Positions 1-7,201 of a DNA stretch of 14,459 nt are shown here, one piece after another. The notes beneath the pieces were generated by a model. It had not been told where the DNA came from and ran no database searches. It saw nothing but the letters and a program-made list of their open reading frames with translations. The position numbers and the translations under genes are program-made. This DNA comes from an uncultured archaeon. Its GTDB lineage: Archaea; Asgardarchaeota; Thorarchaeia; Thorarchaeales; Thorarchaeaceae. Position 1 is the stretch's first letter. Every line of letters starts with the position of its first letter. The stretch spans positions 1 through 14,459 of the forward strand of contig CAZPWM010000080.1 in the NCBI GenBank assembly GCA_964590575.1, written 5' to 3'.

Positions 1-2
1 TC

Positions 3-248
3 CTCTGTCCAGGTATACTTCCTCCAAAAGGGTTGAAGGACCTAGCTGATAAACTGGGACTAGACGTGAGTGTGGATGGTTTCGTTTCAATCCAATACCC
101 TGCAAGCAATCCTGTTGACACCGTTGTTCCAGGAGTGTATGTTGCAGGGTGTGCTGAGTCTGCGAAGGACATTCCAGATTCAGTAGCTGCAGGGAGTGCA
201 GCTGCGATGAGGGCGAGTATAACCCTTGCGAGAGGAGGTGAGCCATAA
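3..248 (+). CDS. hdrA: C-terminal part (5'-truncated by the window) of an HdrA-family FAD-dependent oxidoreductase, short type without C-terminal ferredoxin domain
   Basis: Frame is open from base 3 (LCPGILPPKGLKDLADKLGLDV..DGF), so the TTG at 33 is not the true start. Contains the HdrA C-terminal motif PGVYVAGCAESAKDIPDSVAAGSAAA. Stop overlaps the next start (TAATG at 246-250). Confidence 0.85.
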   Translation, partial: LCPGILPPKGLKDLADKLGLDVSVDGFVSIQYPASNPVDTVVPGVYVAGCAESAKDIPDSVAAGSAAAMRASITLARGGEP

Positions 249-1993
249 TGGGAAGTGAAGAGGAACCAAGAATTGGTGTTTTCGTATGTCATTGTGGACA
301 CAATATTGCTGGGACAATAGATGTAGAGTCTGTGGCTCGAGTTGCAAGGTACTATCCAAATGTCGTCTATACTACTGACTTGATGTTCACTTGTAGTGAT
401 GCTGGTCAGACTCACATTCGTGAATCGATTGCAGAACATAATCTAAACAGAGTGGTGGTAGCAAGCTGTTCTCCAAGGATGCATGAGCCAACCTTTCGAA
501 GAGTGGTTGAGGAAGCTGGTCTCAATAGGTACCTCTTCGAGCAGGTGAATCTTAGAGAGCACTGTAGCTGGTGCCATGCTCGCGAACCAGAAAAGGCAAC
601 CATCAAGGCTGAAGACTTGGTTCGGATGGCAGTAGCACGAGCTGCACTCCTTGAACCTTTAGAAGTGAAAACAGTTCCAGTGACACCCCACACATTGGTT
701 GTGGGCGGCGGAGTCACAGGTCTTAGAGCTGCTGTAGATATCGGCTCACGTGGATTCAAGGTAACACTCGTTGAGAAAGAATCCGAACTAGGTGGTCACC
801 TCCGACACCTCTCTACAATGTATCCCAATAACGAGAAGGCTAAAGATGTAATTGACCGGATGCTCATAGCTGCCAAGGCAGTGGAGGACATCGAGTTAAT
901 GACAGACTCAATGGTGGTTGATTTAGATGGCCATATTGGGCGTTTTGAAACCAAGATAAAGAACATGAAGACTGGTAAGACGGTCAACCGGACATTTGGC
1001 GCAGTGATTATAGCTACAGGATTCCAACCTTTCAAGCCAAAAGGATACTACGAGTACGGTAACAATCCAAACATCCTCACACTCGCGGAGTACGAGCAGA
1101 TGAAGTCTACAGGATCTGTCCTTCGAATCAGTGATGGACGACCACCAAAGAACGTCCTGTTCATTGGGTGTGTTGGGTCTCGAGAGGAGGGCAATAAAGG
1201 ACATGAGCACTGCTCGCGGTACTGTTGTACTGCTATGACTAAGGCGGCTTTGGACATCAAGGATAAAGCAGAAGAAGTGATGGTCCTCTATGATGATTTG
1301 CGAACTTTTGGAAGGGGTCATGAAGAGATTTACAGAAACGCCAGGCACGAGCATGTAATGTTCTCAAAGTTTGCTCACACAAAGAAACCCAAGGTCTGTC
1401 TTGCGGACGATAAAATAGTCGTTAAATGGAAGGATGTGCTGTCAGACTCCTACTGTGAGTTTGCGACCGACATGTTGGTCTTAACAACAGCAATGGTTCC
1501 ACCTGCAGGAGCGGATGAGGTAGGGAAGATGTTCAGTCTGACCCATTCGGGCGATGGTTTCTTCAATGAGGAGCATATCAAACTAGCACCTCTCACAACA
1601 CATACGGCAGGAATCATGATTGCAGGTGTTGCCCAATCTGCAAAGGATGCCACAGATAGCGCGACGCAAGGAAGCGGAGCCGCCGCAAAAGCTACGTCTC
1701 TGATGGCTCGCAAAAATGTTGAGATTGAATCAACGGTGTCATGGGTTGACGAAACGTTATGTTCCTCCTGCGCTACATGTGTCCAAGCGTGTCCCTATGG
1801 AGCCATAGAGTTGACTGGAAATAAGGATCCACCTGTCGCATTCGTTACGGAAGCTAAGTGCCACGGGTGCGGGACCTGCGCAGCTGCGTGTCCAAGTAAT
1901 GCAATAACCATGCGACATTCCACGGATGAGCAGATCTTGAGCATGGTGGAAGCATTCCTGATGCCTACGACCTATCAAGAAGGAGGCGAATAG
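248..1993 (+). CDS. hdrA: Heterodisulfide reductase subunit A-like flavoprotein (FAD, Fe-S)
   Basis: RIGVFVCHCGHNIAG, VVVASCSPRMHEPTF, VNLREHCSW, FAD motif VVGGGVTG, GCVGSR...CSRYCC, and two C-terminal CxxCxxCxxxCP ferredoxin motifs (CSSCATCVQACP, CHGCGTCAAACP). GGAGGTGA ribosome site upstream. Confidence 0.95.
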   Translation: MGSEEEPRIGVFVCHCGHNIAGTIDVESVARVARYYPNVVYTTDLMFTCSDAGQTHIRESIAEHNLNRVVVASCSPRMHEPTFRRVVEEAGLNRYLFEQVNLREHCSWCHAREPEKATIKAEDLVRMAVARAALLEPLEVKTVPVTPHTLVVGGGVTGLRAAVDIGSRGFKVTLVEKESELGGHLRHLSTMYPNNEKAKDVIDRMLIAAKAVEDIELMTDSMVVDLDGHIGRFETKIKNMKTGKTVNRTFGAVIIATGFQPFKPKGYYEYGNNPNILTLAEYEQMKSTGSVLRISDGRPPKNVLFIGCVGSREEGNKGHEHCSRYCCTAMTKAALDIKDKAEEVMVLYDDLRTFGRGHEEIYRNARHEHVMFSKFAHTKKPKVCLADDKIVVKWKDVLSDSYCEFATDMLVLTTAMVPPAGADEVGKMFSLTHSGDGFFNEEHIKLAPLTTHTAGIMIAGVAQSAKDATDSATQGSGAAAKATSLMARKNVEIESTVSWVDETLCSSCATCVQACPYGAIELTGNKDPPVAFVTEAKCHGCGTCAAACPSNAITMRHSTDEQILSMVEAFLMPTTYQEGGE

Positions 1994-2341
1994 ATGAAAG
2001 AAACCGCAAATCTAGAAAAACTCGAGGCTGCCACAGATGCTTTTGGTGATGAGCGACTGCGCTGGCTCATTGGAAAAGGTGACGTCCTTATTCAAAAGGG
2101 TAAGCTCACTCCTGAACGCTTGAAACAATTGCTAGAACAGACAGTTAATGAGGAGATTGATCGGAGTCGGATTCTTCGGGAGATTCGAGACGGGCCCGCC
2201 ACCATCACTGAGATTGCAAAAGCAATCAAGATGGAGAAGGACCATATACTTGAGAATCTTCTTGCCTTAATGAAGTGGAATCTGGTGGAAATCGTGGGCG
2301 ACGAGAATCGAGAGTATATCTATGCACGGAAGGAGATCTGA
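1994..2341 (+). CDS. Small winged-helix protein resembling the C-terminal extension of long MvhD-type hydrogenase Fe-S subunits; no Cys, so no Fe-S core
   Basis: Starts directly after the hdrA stop (TAGATG) with GGAGG upstream. RLRWLIGK motif followed by the wHTH-like segment RILREIRDGPATITEIAKAIKMEKDHILENLLALMKWNLV. The MvhD-tail similarity is from recall, not from a search. Confidence 0.7.
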   Translation: MKETANLEKLEAATDAFGDERLRWLIGKGDVLIQKGKLTPERLKQLLEQTVNEEIDRSRILREIRDGPATITEIAKAIKMEKDHILENLLALMKWNLVEIVGDENREYIYARKEI

Positions 2342-2368
2342 ACTCTCCTTCCGCTGTCTTTCTTAGAG

Positions 2369-3394
2369 CTATTCGTCAGCTCGCATCTTCACAATTTTCC
2401 CTTGAGCACTCTTTGGAATCATCAAGTCACGTATTTGTTCAGCCAAGGGTTCTATGTCCTCAGGGTCGTAATTTGACATCACAATGAAAGTATAACCCAG
2501 TTTGAAGAACTTGATATAGAGTGCAGTCAGTCCCGGTGCTCCTCCAGCCATGAAGATTGAGCCTGGTTGCTTATTTGGGTCTGCATCTAGTGGCATATAG
2601 ACCCTCTTGGAATACTCTGAGTTCAGGAGAATTTCCTGTGCAACTGCTTTATCAAAAAGAGCCCAGTCCCTTACTGTTGAATATCCCCCACCAGCAGGAC
2701 TACCACGACTTCCAATTACAAAGATGTTACTTCTTCTATTGGTTGGATTGATTGAGCAATCTGGCATATGCCTAGTATATCCAGTTGCTAGGTTCGGTGT
2801 TACTGAATCCACTTCATAATGATGCGACTCTTTCATACCTGCTGGTTTGTAGATATTCTCTTTGACATAATCATAGTAATCCATTCCTGAAACTGCCTCA
2901 ATGATTAATCCAAGCACAACATAACCAGCATTGCTGTAGTTCCACTTCTCTCCAGGTTCAGATACGAGTGGGTCCTCGATGAAGAATGGAACGAAGTCTG
3001 ATACCTTTCTGAGTTTTCCTAGAGCCGCATCAAACTTGTCACCAAAGTAGTTTCCCATTCCTGATGTGAATGAAATCAGATGTCTGATCTTCACCTTTGA
3101 TGCGATGTCTTCTCTGAAATCTGGAAGATGTTTTCCCACTAGGTCATCTAAGTCCAGCTTGCCTTTCTGAACAAGTTGAAGGATAGCCACTTTTGTGACG
3201 AGTTTATTCAATGATCCAATGTTGAATTTCGTGTAAATCCTATTGGGTACATTGAATCTCTTGCACGCAAAACCATAAGCTCTCTCGAATATCACCTTGT
3301 CCTCTTTTGCTACAAGAACTGTGCCTGAGAACTTGTCCTTCTCAACTTGTTCTTCAAGGATTTTCTGAAACTTATCTGCATCGAATTTTGACAC
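2369..3394 (-). CDS. Serine hydrolase, beta-lactamase/AmpC-like (D-peptidase) family, cytoplasmic
   Basis: FNIGSLNK (SxxK), WNYSNAGY (YxN), IRHLISFTSG, PAGGGYST, MAGGAPG at the third-motif position. GTG start with GGAGGA upstream. No signal peptide. Confidence 0.92.
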   Translation of the reverse strand: MSKFDADKFQKILEEQVEKDKFSGTVLVAKEDKVIFERAYGFACKRFNVPNRIYTKFNIGSLNKLVTKVAILQLVQKGKLDLDDLVGKHLPDFREDIASKVKIRHLISFTSGMGNYFGDKFDAALGKLRKVSDFVPFFIEDPLVSEPGEKWNYSNAGYVVLGLIIEAVSGMDYYDYVKENIYKPAGMKESHHYEVDSVTPNLATGYTRHMPDCSINPTNRRSNIFVIGSRGSPAGGGYSTVRDWALFDKAVAQEILLNSEYSKRVYMPLDADPNKQPGSIFMAGGAPGLTALYIKFFKLGYTFIVMSNYDPEDIEPLAEQIRDLMIPKSAQGKIVKMRADE

Positions 3395-3422
3395 TGTTGT
3401 TCCTCCGATAATATGAAATCAA

Positions 3423-3455
3423 TTCGATTATATCGAAATATATCGACAACGTCGA
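3423..3455. promoter_or_regulatory. Two tandem palindromic operator-like sites (TCGA-N5-TCGA) in a divergent promoter region
   Basis: TTCGAT-TAT-ATCGAA (3423-3437) and TCGAC-AAC-GTCGA (3443-3455). A TATA-like CTTAAAAG follows at 3457-3464. Confidence 0.65.
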
Positions 3456-3511
3456 ACTTAAAAGGTCTCTTCCCATAGCAATATCAGCATACCTTCAATG
3501 AGGAAGACAAG

Positions 3512-4057
3512 ATGACACTACCGGAACTTCTGTCAGATCCAGTACGAGCTAGAATCTATCTCGAAGTGTTGCTGAATGAAGAGATGACAGCTCAACAGCT
3601 AAAGGATACAATAAAGATCAGTCGAAGTACAATGTCACATCATCTCTCTAGATTTGTCAAGGATAAAGTGTTCAAAGTTAGAGTGCAGGAAAGAGGGAGA
3701 TCTGTGAAATTCTATAGTCACAACCCTGATTTCAGGGAGGATCTTTGTATAGAGGGAAAAGATGGTCTGGCGTTAGAAAAACGACTACTATTTCTTCAAT
3801 CAGCTGCTGCACATCTTCACGTGATTTCTAGTCTTCTAAGTGAAAGAGCCCTAAAGATTCGAGAAACGCAATCTAAACCTAAACGGGGTACTAGTGTCAC
3901 TTTCACATTCAGTTTCATGACTAAGGAAGAAGCTAATATCTGGAACGAGGAGTATAATGCTTTTCAGAAACGGTTCGAAGAACGTCGAAAGACATTGAAG
4001 AAGTCTTCTAAATCATTGGACTACATTGGATATGGTGGGATCACACCCACTCGATAG
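3512..4057 (+). CDS. ArsR-like winged helix-turn-helix transcriptional regulator
   Basis: LLSDPVRARIYLEVLLNEEMTAQQLKDTIKISRSTMSHHLSRF is a typical ArsR/wHTH N-terminus. Divergent from the serine hydrolase. Confidence 0.88.
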   Translation: MTLPELLSDPVRARIYLEVLLNEEMTAQQLKDTIKISRSTMSHHLSRFVKDKVFKVRVQERGRSVKFYSHNPDFREDLCIEGKDGLALEKRLLFLQSAAAHLHVISSLLSERALKIRETQSKPKRGTSVTFTFSFMTKEEANIWNEEYNAFQKRFEERRKTLKKSSKSLDYIGYGGITPTR

Positions 4058-4062
4058 GCTAC

Positions 4063-4308
4063 TCATTCAGGGAATATCGGGAGTACTGGAGTGACCTCGA
4101 AGTTCACAAAATCAAGTAATAGGCTGAGTGTCTTATGAATGAGCTTGACATCATCAGTTTCAACAACTGCTATTCCTCGATTTGAAGCAACACAATGGTG
4201 TGCAGCAAATACTGTCTTCAACTCCTTTGGTTGTTCAAAATTCTCTAATGCTTTGTTTACGTCTTTTCGATACTTTGGTTTCATCTTCCATTCTATTAGA
4301 TACTTCAC
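4063..4308 (-). CDS. Small DUF3303-like (ferredoxin-like/dimeric barrel) protein
   Basis: MKYLIEWK...GIAVVETDD...FEVTPVL pattern typical of DUF3303. GTG start with GAGGAGGTGA upstream. Confidence 0.75.
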   Translation of the reverse strand: MKYLIEWKMKPKYRKDVNKALENFEQPKELKTVFAAHHCVASNRGIAVVETDDVKLIHKTLSLLLDFVNFEVTPVLPIFPE

Positions 4309-4458
4309 TACTTTTCACCTCCTCTCTATTTCACGCGAATGGGAAACTGGACGGGAAGCTAGTTCAATTTATGATTTTAGATAATGCGCATAAGCTTCTT
4401 TTCAAGTTGGAAATCCACAAGTCTTTTCTTTGCAATATATTGTCACATAACGGTGTGA

Positions 4459-5928
4459 ATGGAAATGTCCGGCTTCAGTATCTCTGAGTATCATAATACT
4501 GCTGAAATCTATCGAAAGCTCGACCATCTGATGAGCCTTCCAATCTATGGCATCAAGCGAGATGCGATGAGTGAGTACCTCCAGTACTTCAATGAAAAGT
4601 GTATGAAGTCTAAGGAGATAATCACCGAAGCTAAGAACTTCATCCCTGGAGGAGTTCAGCATAATCTCGCATTCAATTATCCATTTCCCATTGTTATAGA
4701 TAGAGCAGATGGGGCCTACCTTTGGGATGCCGATGGTAACCAGTATATTGACTTCCTTCAATCTGGCGGTCCTATCATGCTTGGGAATAACTACAAACCA
4801 ATCAGGGACAAGATTATTCAGCTCATTAACGAGAGAGGCCCGATAACTGGTCTGTTCTCTGAATTTGAACTGAAACTTGCCAAAGAAATTAACAAACACA
4901 TGCCATCTATAGAGCTGTTTCGAATGCTAGGGAGTGGGACTGAATCAGCCATGGCTGCGATTCGTGTTGCACGCTTAGCGACCGGAAAGAAGAAGATCAT
5001 CAAAATGGGTGGCGCTTATCATGGGTGGAGCGACCAGATGGTGTATGGGCTGCATATTCCTGGCACTGGCAGCTTTGAGGCACATGGCATTCTTGGCGGA
5101 TGTCGAAAACACACTCATGAGGTATTCCCGAATGATATAGATGCATTACGCAAGAAGATGTCTACAAATCGAGTTCGAGGAGGTACTGCAGCCGTCATAG
5201 TTGAGCCAGTTGGTCCTGAATCTGGGACCCGCCCTGTTGATAAGGATCACAACAAGCAGATACGTGAGCTCTGTGACCAATATGATACTCTTCTCATATT
5301 TGATGAGGTTGTTTCTTTTGGAAGGATAGGTCTCGCCGGAGCTCAAGGTTACTTCAATATCACTCCAGACCTCACAACCTTTGGCAAGGTTGTTGCGGGT
5401 GGCTATCCTGCAGCTGGAGGGCTTGGTGGAAGACGCGACCTTATGGAACATGTTGCAGCAGGCATAGAAGGTGGGAAGAAGAGAGCCTATGTTGGTGGCA
5501 CTCTGGCTGCAAATCCATTAAGCTCAGCAGCAGGCTATTACACCATTCAAGAGATTGAGCGGACTCACGCATGTGAGAAGGCTGGACATGCTGGAGATAG
5601 GCTAAACAAGGGTCTGAAAGATATCATTGATGACTTGCACCTACCATTTGTGGCATACAATCAAGGAGCCATCTGTCACTTGGAAACCTCCGGAACGATG
5701 TTTGTAAAAATCATAAAAAATCCTCTCAAGATCAAAGATATTCTCAAAGAGATTCAAGTAAGGCAACATTTCATGGAGAAGATTGGTGCAGCCTACATGG
5801 CTGAAGGGCTTGTTACACTTGCTGGGTCTCGAATGTACACTAGCCTGGCTGATGATGACTCTGTTATTGATGATGCTCTGAATCGATTTGAACGAGTGTT
5901 TAAGAATGTAGAACGACCTGTTACTTGA
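4459..5928 (+). CDS. Class III PLP-dependent aminotransferase, glutamate-1-semialdehyde aminomutase (HemL)-like; substrate uncertain; start may be 4465
   Basis: IPGGVQHN, GAYLWDADGNQYIDF, SGTESAMAAIRVAR, GAYHGWSD, LLIFDEV, DLTTFGK (PLP lysine), GGTLAANPLS. About 40-aa N-terminal extension. Confidence 0.9.
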   Translation: MEMSGFSISEYHNTAEIYRKLDHLMSLPIYGIKRDAMSEYLQYFNEKCMKSKEIITEAKNFIPGGVQHNLAFNYPFPIVIDRADGAYLWDADGNQYIDFLQSGGPIMLGNNYKPIRDKIIQLINERGPITGLFSEFELKLAKEINKHMPSIELFRMLGSGTESAMAAIRVARLATGKKKIIKMGGAYHGWSDQMVYGLHIPGTGSFEAHGILGGCRKHTHEVFPNDIDALRKKMSTNRVRGGTAAVIVEPVGPESGTRPVDKDHNKQIRELCDQYDTLLIFDEVVSFGRIGLAGAQGYFNITPDLTTFGKVVAGGYPAAGGLGGRRDLMEHVAAGIEGGKKRAYVGGTLAANPLSSAAGYYTIQEIERTHACEKAGHAGDRLNKGLKDIIDDLHLPFVAYNQGAICHLETSGTMFVKIIKNPLKIKDILKEIQVRQHFMEKIGAAYMAEGLVTLAGSRMYTSLADDDSVIDDALNRFERVFKNVERPVT

Positions 5929-6496
5929 GAATTCCTCTGAGGTATACATCTGTCAACTCCGATGACTTTCCCCATCTCCTCAGGTTGCTATCACCGATGA
6001 ACCAGTTGAACATCATATTGGCAAATATAGTTCCGATGAGGGACCGAATAATAACAGGGATTGGGACATCTCGCAAGTCTGATTTAAACTTGAAAATCTG
6101 CTTGATGAATTTTGAATCAGGAGGGAAATTTACCTTGATTGCCCTTTGTATGTGCTTCCCATCCATCTCTACCACTTCGACAAAGAAGAGATTGAGTAGA
6201 CTTGAATTGTTCTGAAATTCTTCTGCGAGTCTATCTACGGCATTGGTCAAGAGGTCTTCCGCATCTTCTCCCTCAACGCTATCCAGAATTGATAGAATAT
6301 CGAAGAGCGGGTGCTTCTCAATGAACACTGCCTCGAAGATTTCTTCCTTACTCATGAAGTGATTGTATATCGAGGCAGCTTTGATTCCGGATTGCTCCGC
6401 GATATCGCGTAGTGAACTACCTCGGAATCCTTTTTCAGTAAACAATCGGTACGCTGAGTCAAGGATCTGCTCCTTTGTAGTATCTTCAGAGGACAT
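5921..6496 (-). CDS. TetR/AcrR family transcriptional regulator
   Basis: TKEQILDSAYRLFTEKGFRGSSLRDIAEQSGIKAASIYNHFMSKEEIF is the TetR HTH signature. 3' end overlaps the aminotransferase by 8 nt. Confidence 0.95.
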   Translation of the reverse strand: MSSEDTTKEQILDSAYRLFTEKGFRGSSLRDIAEQSGIKAASIYNHFMSKEEIFEAVFIEKHPLFDILSILDSVEGEDAEDLLTNAVDRLAEEFQNNSSLLNLFFVEVVEMDGKHIQRAIKVNFPPDSKFIKQIFKFKSDLRDVPIPVIIRSLIGTIFANMMFNWFIGDSNLRRWGKSSELTDVYLRGILK

Positions 6497-6517
6497 CTAA
6501 TCGCGACCTTATGCAAG

Positions 6518-6539
6518 CTAACGTCTGTTAGTTTTAATA
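6518..6539 (-). promoter_or_regulatory. TATA-like box and adjacent palindromic operator upstream of tetR
   Basis: Minus strand reads TATTAAAA (6539-6532) immediately followed by CTAAC-AGAC-GTTAG (6531-6518), about 20 nt before the ATG at 6496. Confidence 0.65.
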
Positions 6540-6563
6540 GTGTGTAATGCTTTTCATAACTTC

Positions 6564-6947
6564 TTAGTTGTGTGTTGCGCCCTCTTGAGCCCAAGTAGGA
6601 GCTCTCTCAACTGTTGGTATTTCTTCTATTGAATGGAAGATTCTCTTGCCTTCTTCCTTTGCTCGATTATACTCCAGGAGAGCTCCCTTGGATTCAGCCA
6701 AGAGAAAGAGTGCATCGCAATGGTCGACCCAGGGTGCGTGCCAGTTCATGTAGTCTACCCAGTCCATATCAATCTCGAGCTCCCGTGCTAGTATGTCTGG
6801 CCAGTGGGTGAGATGAGGGATATATGGAAAGTGACCTTTCTTCCAGATCTTGAGACCTGCTTCCATAGCCTTTCGGACATTTTCTTCAATCTCTTCTATG
6901 GTCGCCCCAGTATACGGTCCTGCAACATAGATCTTCATACTCTTCAA
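6564..6947 (-). CDS. DUF4406/DUF1937-like protein (nucleoside 2-deoxyribosyltransferase-like fold); alternative ATG start at 6938
   Basis: KIYVAGPY...ENVRKA...GHFPYIPHL...CDALFLLAESKGALLEYNRA is characteristic of this family. Confidence 0.8.
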   Translation of the reverse strand: MKSMKIYVAGPYTGATIEEIEENVRKAMEAGLKIWKKGHFPYIPHLTHWPDILARELEIDMDWVDYMNWHAPWVDHCDALFLLAESKGALLEYNRAKEEGKRIFHSIEEIPTVERAPTWAQEGATHN

Positions 6948-7201
6948 TCACAATCACCCGGTGATTTCTGCTGAATCATAACTCTCCTATATATTACAAT
7001 GCGGTACTCATTGATGAGTGAAATATCCCTTGTACACAAGTTCTTAAGGGAACGCCCCAGAAAAAAAGTGCAGGTATACCAAGCACGAGGCGCCTTCGAG
7101 ACGTGGTCTGGTGAGGGGTCAACACGATTACACACACATACCCACTGAAGAACACCCTGGTTTTGTTTGACCTGCTATTCGCATAAGCGAGAGAATATAC
7201 G

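Noticed and set aside
412-1978. Several antisense ORFs inside hdrA
   Set aside because: Fully nested opposite a well-supported gene, with no motifs.
248-2368. Selenocysteine recoding or SECIS for HdrA/MvhD
   Set aside because: hdrA has no in-frame TGA and its motifs use Cys; there is no room for a TGA-interrupted MvhD between 1993 and 1994; no SECIS-like hairpin was seen downstream.
4443-4458. CRP-like site
   Set aside because: The half-sites are in the reverse order (TCACA-N6-TGTGA) and the context is archaeal; kept only as a generic palindrome.
4139-6811. Overlapping shadow ORFs (e.g. 4139-4384, 4182-4487, 4402-4899, 5146-5451, 5641-5949, 5925-6215, 6352-6594)
   Set aside because: They overlap genes with clear family signatures and have no recognisable features.
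6944-7135. 63-aa minus-strand ORF in the intergenic region
   Set aside because: It spans both divergent promoters and the putative ssb leader, with no ribosome site or motif.
7113-7196. TPP-riboswitch-like word order (GGGG...CTGAAGA..ACCC...GACCTG...GCGAGAGAA)
   Set aside because: The essential UGAGA is broken (UGAAGA), the CCU/AGG P4 helix and P5 loop are missing, and the downstream gene is unrelated to thiamine. A cmscan against the Rfam TPP model would settle it.
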